Source of the DNA: an uncultured Spirochaetota bacterium
GTDB taxonomy: Bacteria > Spirochaetota > Brevinematia > Brevinematales > JAOACQ01
DNA length: 64,000 bases
Assembly: GCA_963835575.1 (NCBI GenBank)
Contig: CAWIGG010000002.1
Span: forward strand, 1,920,001 to 1,984,000
Direction: 5' to 3'
Positions 20,666-31,449 of the stretch are shown one piece after another. The notes under the pieces are model-generated. The model worked only from the letters and a program-made list of their open reading frames with translations, searched no databases and had not been told where the DNA came from. The number at the start of each line of letters is the position of its first letter. The first letter of the stretch is position 1. The position numbers were made by a program, and so were the translations under genes.

Positions 20666-20977
20666 TTAATTCTAATCGTACTATTTTTTCCTAATTCCGC
20701 GTTCTCCCCTTATTAAACAGAGGGTATCCAAGCCATAATTATGGTTTATTATTATTATGAAAATGAGATAGTAAAACCCGGATTATTCATCAAAATCCTG
20801 CGCGTGCGGATTTGATACAAACCGATCAGCCTGCCGCAAATAATTCAATAAATGGGAATATATTTTCAATTTGAATATATATTCCCTCCTATTATATTAT
20901 AATTAGCAGGAGAAAGATTTTAAATTTACCTTATTGAATCTATATTTTCTATTGTCCTGCCGAATAGAATGAATTAT

Positions 20978-21058
20978 AAAGTCATACCCGGTACCGGCCG
21001 CGCTTCTTTTGACGAGAAACCGGGAATTGCGCTGGAATTGATAAGAGAATTTATATAA
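20978..21058 (+). repeat. Diverged copy D of the hydrolase gene 3' end
   Basis: Translates KVIPGTGRASFDEKPGIALELIREFI-stop. Confidence 0.9.
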
Positions 21059-21497
21059 CTTAATAGCTATTGCAATTATTTATCTTGTAAACTAAAATAT
21101 TGAATAATAAGGCTGTTATTTTTTCAATAATTTGTTGAAAATAACAGCTTTATTGTATCGTAAAGGGTTGTTAACAGTGACAATGTATCCGGCCGTTGAA
21201 TAATGGATACGTTCGCGATTCATCATGTCTTCTCTTGGTTTTCCCTCTCCGGTCTTCCGGGAAGCCCGGGATTATTCCATTTTATTTCAATTTCACCGGT
21301 TTATTTGATAAGTTCTTTAAAACATATTCCGCCCGGATGTGTTTTTTACTTATTTATTATTCGGGCCGGCATTACTGAAGCTGTAAAACACTATTAAAGC
21401 ATAAATCCGTTCGCAAGGAGGATTTTTTACTGATTAATAAAATATCAATCATCACGCTTTAATAATAATTTGCTGCTTTCAATAAAGGGGGCTTTAT

Positions 21498-24413
21498 ATG
21501 AAAAACGCGGCTGGAAAAAGCATCGGTAAAAAAGGGAGGGCTGTTCATAAATCTGTCAGAGCCGGGAAAAATACCAATCTGAAAAAAGAGATCAATACGC
21601 CGTATTCTTTTCCCGAATTCAATCCGAACCCTGTTATTGAAATGGACCTTAAATTCAATATCCATTATATCAATCCGGCCGCCAAAGCCTGTCTTAAAGG
21701 TATACAAAAACAGGGTATCAACCATCCGTTCCTGAAAAATATCAAACAAATATTCCTCGATCTTAAAAACAATAAGAAAGAAGCAATTAAGAGGGAAATC
21801 CGCGTTGATGATACATGGTTCTATCAATCCTTTTTATTTGTAGAAAGTACAAACCGGGTCAATATCTATGCTTATGACATAACCGGGCCCAAGCTGTCGG
21901 AGGAAAGAATCACGCATTTAAACGCGGTACTTCGCGCCATCCGGGATGTTAACCAGCTCATCGTGAAAGAGAAAGACCGCGGCCGGCTGATTCAGAAAGC
22001 CTGCGTGAAACTGATTGAGACAAGGGGTTACGGAAGCGCCTGGATAGCTTTGCTGGATGAAACCGGAAACTTTATCACATCCGCCGAAGCAGGCATCGGA
22101 GAGAAAATCGCCTTTTTGATAGAACAGCTGAAACGCGGCATCATGCCCGAATGCGGACGGAGAGCGCTTGCCCAATCTGAAGCATGGTTTACGAATCGCA
22201 TTGAGGACTATTGTACAACTTGCCCTCTGGCAAAGCTCTATCCCGGCAATGGGGGGATGTCCATACGGTTGGAATATGAAGGAAAAGTATACGGTTTTAT
22301 GACCGTTTCCGTACCTTCCGCGCAGGCAGTGGATGAGGAGGAAAAAGGGCTTTTCAGGGAGGTCTCCGCCGATATAGCCTTTGCCCTGCATGGTCTGGAA
22401 GCGGAAGCGGAGCGTAAGAAGGCGGAGGCAAATTTGCTGGAAACCGAGCAGTTACTGCAGATGATAATTGATAATATTCCCGCGTTAGTTTCATATATTA
22501 AGCAGGACCGGTGCTACCAGTTTGTAAATAAACGTTATGCCGAAAATTTCGGCAAAACGACAGAAGCAATAATCGGCAAACCTTACAGGGAAATTGTCGG
22601 CGAAGCGTATTATCTGTCAACCGTAAAAAACAACGACGCCGCATTTTCCGGTCAGCATATCTCCTATGAAACATCCATAGATTATCCGGCGACCGGCAGG
22701 CATTGGCTGACAGTCAATTATACACCGGATATTGACGATCATAAAAAAGTTAAAGGAATATTTGTTTCCGCATACGACATTACCGATCGTAAGAAAAAAG
22801 AGGCAGAGCTGGCCGCGGCGCAGCAGGTTTACCGGGAGCTGTTCGAAAACGTCAATGTCGGTATTCTGCGTACGACGCCGGGGCCGAAAGGAACTTTTAT
22901 CGATGTGAATCCGGCGATGACCAGGATGTTCGAAGCGGACAGCCGCGAACAGTTAATGGCCCTTCATCCGAGCGAAATCTATTGGGACGCGGGCCAGCGC
23001 AGGATCATCAGCGATGCCATTGTGGCCGGGGGCTTTGCTAAAGAGGAAATCAGGTTCAAGACCCTTAAGGGAAGGCCGATCTGGTGCCGCATTACAGCGG
23101 TTAAGAAAATCGACGCAAACGGCCAGGTCTATTTTGACAACACTATTGAGGACATCACCGAGCGTAAACTGGCGGAGGAAAAAATCCGCAAACTCAACGA
23201 AGAATTAGAGCAAAAGGTTATCGAGCGTACCGCCAGTCTCGAATCCGCGAACAAGGAGCTTATAAAAGAAATCACCGAGCGTCAGCGGATTGCTGAAACA
23301 TTGCAAATGCATGAGGCAATTATCGAGAACTCAGACGACGCGATCTATGGAAAGGACCTTCAAGGAATAATCACCAGCTGGAACAAGGGAGCGGAAAGAA
23401 TATATGGTTATTCCAGTCATGAGACAATCGGGCAGCCGGTTTCTATGCTGGTGCCGCCTGATATGCCTGATGATTTTCACACAATTCTCTCAAAAATAGC
23501 AAACGGCGAACATATCGTTCACTATGAAACCAAACGGCGGAAAAAAGACAGTCAAATAATAGAAGTCTCCGTGTCCATATCCCCGATAAGAAACCAATCC
23601 GGTAAAATTATAGGGGCTTCAACCATAGCGCGCGACATTACCGAGCGAAAGCGGACCGAGGAATCAATTAACAAGCTTAACGCGCAATTGGAAAATAATG
23701 TACAGCAGTTGGAAGCCGCCAATAAAGAGCTGGAAGCTTTCAGCTATTCCGTCTCCCACGACCTCAGGGCGCCGCTGCGGGCCATTGACGGCTTTTCCAA
23801 AGTGCTGATGGAAAGTAATACCAATAACATTGACGGCGAAGCTAAAAGATATTTAAACATCATCAGGGGCAATACGCAGAACATGGGAAAACTGATAGAC
23901 GACCTGCTGTCATTTTCCCGGATCGGCAAACAGGAAATGCATTTTTCACAGATCAGCATGGAAAGCATGGCGAGGAATACTTTCGAAGAGTTAAAACAGC
24001 AGAATCCCGGCAGGAAAATTGAATTTACTTTAAAAAAGACGCCGGACGCATCAGTCGACGCGGCCATGATGAAGATCGTATTATCCAATCTTCTGGGCAA
24101 CGCGGTGAAGTATACCGGGAAAAGGACTGATGCCGTCATACTGTTCGGCGGTTCCATAAAAAACAATGAGGCTGTTTACAGCGTTAAGGACAACGGTGTC
24201 GGCTTTGATATGCGGTACGTCGGGAAGCTTTTCGGCGTTTTCCAGAGGCTCCACAGCAGGGACGAGTTCGAGGGAACGGGGGTCGGCCTTGCCCTGGTCC
24301 AGCGGATCATTCTCCGCCATGGAGGGCGCGTATGGGCCGAGGGAAAGGTTGATGAAGGAGCGGAATTTTATTTCACATTACCAATAAAAAAGGAGGAAAT
24401 AAATGACTATTGA
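21498..24413 (+). CDS. Cytoplasmic PAS/GAF sensor histidine kinase
   Basis: [12 protein letters not shown], a GAF segment, several DITERK PAC ends, [14 protein letters not shown]-box, GTGVGL. Confidence 0.93.
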   Translation: MKNAAGKSIGKKGRAVHKSVRAGKNTNLKKEINTPYSFPEFNPNPVIEMDLKFNIHYINPAAKACLKGIQKQGINHPFLKNIKQIFLDLKNNKKEAIKREIRVDDTWFYQSFLFVESTNRVNIYAYDITGPKLSEERITHLNAVLRAIRDVNQLIVKEKDRGRLIQKACVKLIETRGYGSAWIALLDETGNFITSAEAGIGEKIAFLIEQLKRGIMPECGRRALAQSEAWFTNRIEDYCTTCPLAKLYPGNGGMSIRLEYEGKVYGFMTVSVPSAQAVDEEEKGLFREVSADIAFALHGLEAEAERKKAEANLLETEQLLQMIIDNIPALVSYIKQDRCYQFVNKRYAENFGKTTEAIIGKPYREIVGEAYYLSTVKNNDAAFSGQHISYETSIDYPATGRHWLTVNYTPDIDDHKKVKGIFVSAYDITDRKKKEAELAAAQQVYRELFENVNVGILRTTPGPKGTFIDVNPAMTRMFEADSREQLMALHPSEIYWDAGQRRIISDAIVAGGFAKEEIRFKTLKGRPIWCRITAVKKIDANGQVYFDNTIEDITERKLAEEKIRKLNEELEQKVIERTASLESANKELIKEITERQRIAETLQMHEAIIENSDDAIYGKDLQGIITSWNKGAERIYGYSSHETIGQPVSMLVPPDMPDDFHTILSKIANGEHIVHYETKRRKKDSQIIEVSVSISPIRNQSGKIIGASTIARDITERKRTEESINKLNAQLENNVQQLEAANKELEAFSYSVSHDLRAPLRAIDGFSKVLMESNTNNIDGEAKRYLNIIRGNTQNMGKLIDDLLSFSRIGKQEMHFSQISMESMARNTFEELKQQNPGRKIEFTLKKTPDASVDAAMMKIVLSNLLGNAVKYTGKRTDAVILFGGSIKNNEAVYSVKDNGVGFDMRYVGKLFGVFQRLHSRDEFEGTGVGLALVQRIILRHGGRVWAEGKVDEGAEFYFTLPIKKEEINDY

Positions 24414-24849
24414 TAGTATGGTGGAGATTTTGCTTGTAGAGGACAATCCGAACAATGTCGAATTGACTTTAATAGCCCTGAAAGAGAATAAACTGGCCAA
24501 TAACGTGCAGATCGCGCACGACGGCGAAGAGGCCCTGGAATTCATCTTCAGCACCGGGAAATACAGCGGCCGGGACATCAATTTAAAACCGAAAGTGATA
24601 CTCCTCGACCTGAAGCTCCCGAAGGTGGACGGCATTGAAGTCCTCCGGAAGATCAGGTCCGATGAAAGGACGAAAACGATTCCCGTTGTAGTATTAACCT
24701 CTTCCAAAGAGGAACGGGACATCGTCGAAACATATAAACTCGGTGTGAACAGCTATATTGTCAAACCGGTGCAGTTTGAAAACTTTGTAAAAGTTGTCAA
24801 AGAACTGGGGCTATACTGGCTTGTGGTCAACCAGCCGCCGGTGAGATGA
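24403..24849 (+). CDS. Single-domain response regulator
   Basis: [29 protein letters not shown]. Confidence 0.95.
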   Translation: MTIDSMVEILLVEDNPNNVELTLIALKENKLANNVQIAHDGEEALEFIFSTGKYSGRDINLKPKVILLDLKLPKVDGIEVLRKIRSDERTKTIPVVVLTSSKEERDIVETYKLGVNSYIVKPVQFENFVKVVKELGLYWLVVNQPPVR

Positions 24850-25074
24850 AGAGGAGTTAAGGGGTTTACATATAAGACCACCCCCAACCCCTCCTAAGAT
24901 AGGAGGGGAGTTTAATAATAACTAATAAATTTATTGTGTTATATAAAATTAAAAACTTTTGAGCATTAAATCATTTGGATTTAGGTATTGTTTAGGATTT
25001 AGAGTTTAGAATTTATGATTTATTATAGAGTTGAATAAAATTGGACAGGAAAAATAAAATAAAGAGGGCGTATT

Positions 25075-28000
25075 ATGGGCAAGGAAATAAAGATACTCTT
25101 TCTTGAAGACTCCCCGGCCGATGTCGAGCTGAACCTGAATGAATTAAAAAAAGCCGGTTTTAATGTCATACCGAAAACCGTGGAGACAAAAGCGGATTAT
25201 ATTTCCGCCCTTCAGGGATTCAAACCGGACATCATCCTGGCCGACTATAACCTTCCCTCTTTTAACGGCATGGAAGCGCTGGACTATATAAAAAATAACG
25301 CGATACAAACCCCATTTATTCTTGTTTCAGGGTCCCTGGGGGAAGAACTGGCGGTGGACGTCGTTAAAAGAGGAGCGACAGACTACATTCTCAAGCAGAA
25401 CCTCTCCAGGCTGGCGGCATCGGTAAAACGCTCGCTCAATGATATCGAGGAGATAAAAAATAGAGAAAACGCCGAGAATTTGCTGCGCGAGAGCGAGCTC
25501 AGGTTCCGGACGCTGTACCTCAAGGCGCCCATCGGCATAGCGCTGATCTGCCCCGACAATCATTTTTTAGATGTCAATGAGGCTTTCTGCCGGATAATGG
25601 GATACACAGGAAAAGAATTAGAAAACAAATCAATACTTGAAATTACACATCCGGATGACAGGGAACACTTCAAAGCCCTTTTTGAAAACATCGTCAGCGG
25701 AAACATAGACAGCTACAGCATAGAAAAGAGATGTATAAAGAAAGATGGAAAAATCATCTGGGTTAACGGGACCATGGCAGGGATAAGAAATACTGACGGA
25801 GGGTTCCTTTACGGGATCGTGATGATAGAAGATAACACCGAGCGCAAGCTCTCGGAAGAAAAATTAATTGAAAGCGAAGAAAGGTATAAAAGAATTACCG
25901 CCGGTTTAACCGACTATCTATATACCGTTAAAGTAAAAGACGGCAAAGCTATTGAAACAATTCATAACGAAGCCTGTCTGGCTGTAACCGGATATACTTC
26001 GAAGGAATTTGGGGCGGACCCTTATCTCTGGATTAACATGGTTGTTCCTGAAGAAAAAGAGTTTGTCGCCGGTAGATATTTAAAAATTCTTGAGGGAAAA
26101 GAATTGGCCCCAATTGAACACCGGATAATTTGTAAAAACGGAAAAATCCGCTGGATCAGCGATACCGCGATTCCTAAATTCAATTCTAATGGCGAGCTCA
26201 TTTCTTATGATGGAATAATTAAGGACATCACCGAGCGCAAGTGGGCGGAAGAGGCGCTGCGGGAGAGCGATGAAAAATTCAGGCGCATATTTGAAAATGT
26301 ACAGGAAGTGTACTTTGAAGTATCTTTCGACGGCACTGTCATCGAGGTCAGTCCGTCCATCGAAATCATAACAAAAGGGCAGTATCGCAGGGATAAATTG
26401 ATCGGAAACTCGATATTCCAAATGTGGGCTGATGACGGCGGCCGGCAGAGTTTCCGATCGGCATTACAGGAGCATGGAAGTGTTGCGGATTATGAAGTCA
26501 CACTGAAGAACCGGGACGGATCACTGGTTTTATGCTCCATGTCGGCAAAGATACATTCTAAATCTTCCGGCCAATCGGTATCTATAATAGGAAGCATACG
26601 CGACATCACCGAGCGCAAACGGACGGAAGAGGCGCTAAAGGAATCGGAAGAAAAATTCAGGACTATTTTTGATAACGTAAGCGACGGAATGTTCCTGATC
26701 AATCTTGTTAACAATAAATTTATCCTCTGCAACAGCGCGTGCACCGGAATGCTGGGCTATACGAAGGATGAGTTTCTTAATTTAAAAATCGCCGATATTC
26801 ATCCGCCGGAGGACCTCTCTTTTATCAATGGACAAATCCGGAAATTCCTTCAGGGTGAAGCGGGAATACGCAGCGATATCCGTTTCAAGATGAAAGACGG
26901 CAGCATCATCTATGCCGACCTCAGCCCCGCAGAGACTACAATCTCCGGGGAAAGGTTTTTAATCATTATATTCAGGAACATCACCGAGCGCAAGCGGTCG
27001 GAGGAGGCGCTAAAAGCTTCCGAGGTCCGTTACCGCCGGCTTTTCGAATCGGCAAAGGACGGCATACTCATCCTCGACGCGGAGACAGGAATAATCAACG
27101 ATGTAAACCCGTTCTTAATCGGGATTTTGGGTTTCAGTTATGAAGATTTTTACGGCAAAAAGCTCTGGGAATTGGGGTTTTTCAAGGACATCATTTCAAA
27201 CAAGGTCAACTTCCTGGAATTGCTGCAGAAAGAATTCATCCGGTATGAAAACCTGCCGATGGAAACAGCCGACGGCCGGAAGATAGAAGTTGAGTTTGTC
27301 AGTAATGTGTACCTGGTTGATAAAAGAAAAGTAATCCAGTGCAACATCAGGGACATCACCGAACGAAGGCGTACTGAGGAAGAACTGCTCCGTTACCGGG
27401 ACCATTTTGAAGAGATGGTCAGGGACAGGACGGACGAACTCGTCAGGTCGGAACAAAACCTGAAGCTGGCCAAGAACCAGGCCGAGGCGGCGAACAGGGC
27501 CAAGACCGTTTTCCTTTCCAGCATGTCGCACGAGATCCGCACGCCGCTGAACGCGGTCCTGGGCTTCTCCCAGCTGATGCTCCGCGACGCGTCATTGACG
27601 GTCCAGCAAATCGAATGGCTGAACACCATCAACCGTTCAGGCGAGCACCTCCTGGCGCTGATAAACGACATCCTGGAAATATCCCGGATAGAGTCCGGCA
27701 GGGTCTCATTAAGCCCCGATCTTTTCGATTTGAAGACATTCCTCGGCGACATGGAAAAAATGTTCCGTGTACGGGTTGAGGAGAAAAACCTTAAACTGCG
27801 TATGGAAATTGATGAAGGAATTCCCAGGTTCATCGAGCTGGACGGCAATAAACTGCGGCAGATATTCATCAACCTGATCGGCAACGCCGTCAAATTCACC
27901 GACGAAGGGATGATTACCGTGCGGGTGAGCGCCGAAAGGAAAGAAAAAGATAACTACCGGCTGATAGCGGAAGTGGAGGACACGGGACCGGGCATCACGA

Positions 28001-28869
28001 CGGAGGATTTGAATAAGATATTCAATAAATTCGAGCAGACGACCATCAGCCTCAGAAAAGGCGGGACGGGGCTCGGGCTTTCCATCAGCCGGCAGTTCGC
28101 CCTGATGATGGGCGGCGATATCGCGGTTATAAGCGAAGCGGGAAAAGGGAGCTGTTTCCGTCTCGAGCTGGATTTTAAGGAAAGGAACGCTCCTGAACTG
28201 GAAATTGGATCCGAACGGAGGATTATTACCGGGCTGAAGAAAGGCCAGGAACCCTTCCGTATATTGATCGCCGACGACGAGCCCGCGAACCGGATGCTGT
28301 TGAGGGACCTGCTGAGCAAAGCCGGGTTCGAGGTCGCGGAAGCTTCCGACGGCAGGGAAGCTGTAAAATTATTTAAAGAAAGGACGCCGCACCTTGTATT
28401 CCTCGACATGAGAATGCCGGTGATGGACGGCTATGCGGCGATAAAAAAAATGAAATCCCTTCAAAAGGATATCCCTGTCATCGCCGTTACGGCATCCGCT
28501 TTTGACGAGAACAGAAAAAAAATGAATGACGCGGGCATAGACGGCTATATACGCAAACCATATAAAATCCAGGAAATCTATGATGTTCTGAAATCAAAAC
28601 TGGGAGTGCAGTACGCTTACGCGAAAGCCCCCGCGGGCAGGTCGGATAAAGCCGGGAAGATCACAGAGGAAGCGCTAAGAGGCCTGCCGGAAAACCTGGC
28701 CGGCCGGATGCTGGAAGCGGCGGTGAGGGTGGACCTGGACCGCCTGCTCGAATTGATAGATGAAGCGGCGGAAACGGCCCCGGCGCTCTCCGCGAAGCTC
28801 CGGGTAATGGCGAAAAGCTTCCGGTATGATGAAATAATAAATCTCCTTAAAAAGAGAGGAAAAATATGA
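25075..28869 (+). CDS. Hybrid sensor kinase: REC, multiple PAS, HisKA/HATPase, REC
   Basis: N-terminal REC, about five PAS/PAC units, MSHEIRTPLN, GTGLGL, C-terminal REC (DMRMPVMDG). Confidence 0.95.
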   Translation: MGKEIKILFLEDSPADVELNLNELKKAGFNVIPKTVETKADYISALQGFKPDIILADYNLPSFNGMEALDYIKNNAIQTPFILVSGSLGEELAVDVVKRGATDYILKQNLSRLAASVKRSLNDIEEIKNRENAENLLRESELRFRTLYLKAPIGIALICPDNHFLDVNEAFCRIMGYTGKELENKSILEITHPDDREHFKALFENIVSGNIDSYSIEKRCIKKDGKIIWVNGTMAGIRNTDGGFLYGIVMIEDNTERKLSEEKLIESEERYKRITAGLTDYLYTVKVKDGKAIETIHNEACLAVTGYTSKEFGADPYLWINMVVPEEKEFVAGRYLKILEGKELAPIEHRIICKNGKIRWISDTAIPKFNSNGELISYDGIIKDITERKWAEEALRESDEKFRRIFENVQEVYFEVSFDGTVIEVSPSIEIITKGQYRRDKLIGNSIFQMWADDGGRQSFRSALQEHGSVADYEVTLKNRDGSLVLCSMSAKIHSKSSGQSVSIIGSIRDITERKRTEEALKESEEKFRTIFDNVSDGMFLINLVNNKFILCNSACTGMLGYTKDEFLNLKIADIHPPEDLSFINGQIRKFLQGEAGIRSDIRFKMKDGSIIYADLSPAETTISGERFLIIIFRNITERKRSEEALKASEVRYRRLFESAKDGILILDAETGIINDVNPFLIGILGFSYEDFYGKKLWELGFFKDIISNKVNFLELLQKEFIRYENLPMETADGRKIEVEFVSNVYLVDKRKVIQCNIRDITERRRTEEELLRYRDHFEEMVRDRTDELVRSEQNLKLAKNQAEAANRAKTVFLSSMSHEIRTPLNAVLGFSQLMLRDASLTVQQIEWLNTINRSGEHLLALINDILEISRIESGRVSLSPDLFDLKTFLGDMEKMFRVRVEEKNLKLRMEIDEGIPRFIELDGNKLRQIFINLIGNAVKFTDEGMITVRVSAERKEKDNYRLIAEVEDTGPGITTEDLNKIFNKFEQTTISLRKGGTGLGLSISRQFALMMGGDIAVISEAGKGSCFRLELDFKERNAPELEIGSERRIITGLKKGQEPFRILIADDEPANRMLLRDLLSKAGFEVAEASDGREAVKLFKERTPHLVFLDMRMPVMDGYAAIKKMKSLQKDIPVIAVTASAFDENRKKMNDAGIDGYIRKPYKIQEIYDVLKSKLGVQYAYAKAPAGRSDKAGKITEEALRGLPENLAGRMLEAAVRVDLDRLLELIDEAAETAPALSAKLRVMAKSFRYDEIINLLKKRGKI

Positions 28870-29960
28870 GCGCAGTTATTTTAAAGAATGAAACGTTTGA
28901 TATTATGATAGTGGACGACGAGCCGGCCAACCTTCAGGTCCTGGCTGAAATATTGAAACAGAAGGGGTATAAAGTCCGGCCGGCCGCCAGCGGAAAACAG
29001 GCCCTCCAGGGCGCTAAAATAGAACAGCCCGACCTCATCCTGCTGGATATCAATATGCCGGATTTGAACGGCTACGAAGTGTGCGCCATGCTTAAACAGG
29101 ACGAGAAATTAAGAGAGATCCCGGTGATATTCATCAGCGCGATGAGCGAAACCATTGATAAAGTGAAGGCCTTCGCGGCCGGCGGCGTAGATTATGTGCC
29201 GAAGCCGTTTCATTATGAGGAGGTACAGGCCAGGGTGGAAACGCACCTGAAGCTCCACCGCCTGCAGATGGAACTGGAAAAACACAATAAAAAGCTCGAG
29301 GAGCTCGTGCTGGCGCAGGTAAAGGAGATCTCCGAATCGCAGATGGCGACCATTTTCGCCCTCGCGAAACTGGCCGAGTCGCGCGACGACGACACAGGCA
29401 AACACCAGGAACGCGTGCAGGCCCTCTGCAGGGTCCTCTGCGGCCGGATGGCCGAAAAAAAAGAATTCAAAATATGGATTGACGGTCCCTTCATTAAAGA
29501 TATGGTCCATGCCAGCCCTCTCCATGATATCGGCAAGGTGGCCATTCCCGACAGGATCCTGCTCAAACCCGGCAAACATACTCCAGAGGAATTTAAAATC
29601 ATGAAAACCCATACGACGCTGGGAGCGGAAACGCTCAGGCAGGTCCGGATGAACTACCCGCATAACTCATTCATTAACATGGGTATTGAAATAGCGCATT
29701 TTCACCATGAAAGGTGGGATGGAAAGGGCTACCCGGAAGGGCTTTCAGGAGAGAAAATCCCGCTCTGCGCGCGCGTCATGGCCGTTGTGGACGTTTACGA
29801 CGCCCTCCGGTCAAAGCGCTGTTATAAAAATCCAATATCCCATGAAGAAAGCCGCGATATCATTATTAAAGAAGGAGGAACGCAGTTCGACCCCGGGATT
29901 GTGGAAGCGTTCGCGGAAATACAGGACAGTTTCAGAAAAACCGCCGACGAACTGATATAA
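28866..29960 (+). CDS. Response regulator REC + HD-GYP phosphodiesterase
   Basis: LLDINMP, HDIGK, HHERWDGKGYP. Confidence 0.95.
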   Translation: MSAVILKNETFDIMIVDDEPANLQVLAEILKQKGYKVRPAASGKQALQGAKIEQPDLILLDINMPDLNGYEVCAMLKQDEKLREIPVIFISAMSETIDKVKAFAAGGVDYVPKPFHYEEVQARVETHLKLHRLQMELEKHNKKLEELVLAQVKEISESQMATIFALAKLAESRDDDTGKHQERVQALCRVLCGRMAEKKEFKIWIDGPFIKDMVHASPLHDIGKVAIPDRILLKPGKHTPEEFKIMKTHTTLGAETLRQVRMNYPHNSFINMGIEIAHFHHERWDGKGYPEGLSGEKIPLCARVMAVVDVYDALRSKRCYKNPISHEESRDIIIKEGGTQFDPGIVEAFAEIQDSFRKTADELI

Positions 29961-29970
29961 GGGATGGAAT

Positions 29971-31119
29971 ATGAAAGATATCGACAACAAAAATAAACCG
30001 CCTTCCGTGATGATCGTCGACGATACTCCCGACAACCTGAACCTGCTGTCAGCCATTCTTAAGGAATGCGGGTACCATGTCCGCCCGGCGCCCGGCGGGA
30101 AGCAGGCCCTGGAGGCCGTAAAATCGGACCCGCCGGATCTGGTCCTTCTGGACATCATGATGCCGGATATGGACGGATACGAGGTCTGCCGCGTCCTGAA
30201 AAGCGGCAGGAAGACAAAAGACATCCCCGTCATATTCCTGACGGCGCTGGACAGCCGGCAGGACGAGGAAAAGGGATTTAAGCTGGGCGCTGTGGACTAT
30301 ATCACAAAACCGTTCATTAACGAGGTCGTCAAGGCCCGCGTCAATACGCACCTCCAGCTTAAGCGCCATCAGGACAGGCTTGAACAGATTGTCAGCGAGC
30401 GTACGGCGGAACTGATCCAGGCCAATAAAGACCTCCTTTTGGAAATCGACGAAAGGAAACGGGCGGAAGAAACCGTCAGGAACTCACTAACGGAAAAAGA
30501 GGCGCTGATAAAAGAGCTCTATCACCGGACTTACAACAATATGCAGGTCATCAGCTCGATGCTGAACGCTCAGGCTTCTTATGTGGAAGAGGAAAAGGTC
30601 AGGATTATTTTCCGGGAAATGTCCGGCAGGATCAACTCAATGGCCAAGGTGCATCAGAAGCTTTATCAATCGAAGGACCTGTCCAGCGTCAGCCTTAAGG
30701 AATATATCATTGAAATATCCGAACTTCTGATGCAGGGCTACATCGGACCGGCAAACAACATTGACATCAGTATGGACCTGGAAGATGAGAAAGTTCTCAT
30801 CGACACAGCCGTCCCCTGCGGCCTTATCATCAATGAACTGATAACAAACGCCCTGAAATACGCTTTTCCGGGCGGCAGGAGGGGCCTCTTAAAAATCTCG
30901 CTCCATAGGATCGATAACAGTAATCTGGAACTGCGGGTTTCAGACAACGGCATCGGCGTTCCGAAAGGTTTTGATTTTAAAATTAACCGCGGAATGGGCC
31001 TGCAGATTATTTATGATATAGCGGAAAAACAACTGGCCGGAAAAGCGGACTTTGAATCAAACAATGGATTGTCCGCCGTGATCCGGTTTAACGACAAATT
31101 ATATCATAAAAGGGTATGA
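29971..31119 (+). CDS. REC + HisKA_2-type histidine kinase
   Basis: REC domain, ELYHRTYNNMQVISS, NELITNALKYAF, DNGIG, GMGL. Confidence 0.9.
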   Translation: MKDIDNKNKPPSVMIVDDTPDNLNLLSAILKECGYHVRPAPGGKQALEAVKSDPPDLVLLDIMMPDMDGYEVCRVLKSGRKTKDIPVIFLTALDSRQDEEKGFKLGAVDYITKPFINEVVKARVNTHLQLKRHQDRLEQIVSERTAELIQANKDLLLEIDERKRAEETVRNSLTEKEALIKELYHRTYNNMQVISSMLNAQASYVEEEKVRIIFREMSGRINSMAKVHQKLYQSKDLSSVSLKEYIIEISELLMQGYIGPANNIDISMDLEDEKVLIDTAVPCGLIINELITNALKYAFPGGRRGLLKISLHRIDNSNLELRVSDNGIGVPKGFDFKINRGMGLQIIYDIAEKQLAGKADFESNNGLSAVIRFNDKLYHKRV

Positions 31120-31147
31120 ATAAGGATTATTGTGTTGTATTTTAATA

Positions 31148-31400
31148 TAATCAGGGCTTGTTAATTTCCGTGTTAAATACCGGAAGCCGTCATTGCGAGC
31201 ATCCGGCGCTGTATTCCGGTATTGATTATAGCGCGAAGCAATCTGTCTGCATATTAAGACAGCTTAATGAGTCGACAGACGCCGTGGTGAGCTTGTCGAA
31301 CCATTGCTTCGCACAAGAATATCCGTCGAAGGATAAAACCAGCCGCTCGCAATGACGCCTTTAGCGCTGAAATTCTTGGTTTTTCAGCAAGCCCTGATTA
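31148..31400. repeat. Nested palindromic element
   Basis: Outer IR TAATCAGGGCTTG/CAAGCCCTGATTA; inner IRs CGTCATTGCGAGC/GCTCGCAATGACG and GCGAAGCAAT/ATTGCTTCGC; right half repeated at ~33966-34032. Confidence 0.8.
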
Positions 31401-31449
31401 GTAATAATAATTAGTAAAATCTATAAAAATATTTTTATGGAGATTTTAT

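Noticed and set aside
17681..21058. Diversity-generating retroelement (VR/TR pair) at the hydrolase 3' end
   Set aside because: Differences between copies involve all four bases rather than only adenines, and no reverse transcriptase is present in the window.
17681..21058. CRISPR array or classical integron
   Set aside because: The repeats are ~110 bp, divergent and ~1 kb apart; there are no cas genes, no intI, and no clear RYYYAAC...GTTRRRY attC pairs.
21196..21397. Short ORFs upstream of the PAS kinase and a hairpin at ~21105-21153
   Set aside because: There is no RBS or motif support for the ORFs; the hairpin could be a terminator or repeat remnant but is single-copy here.
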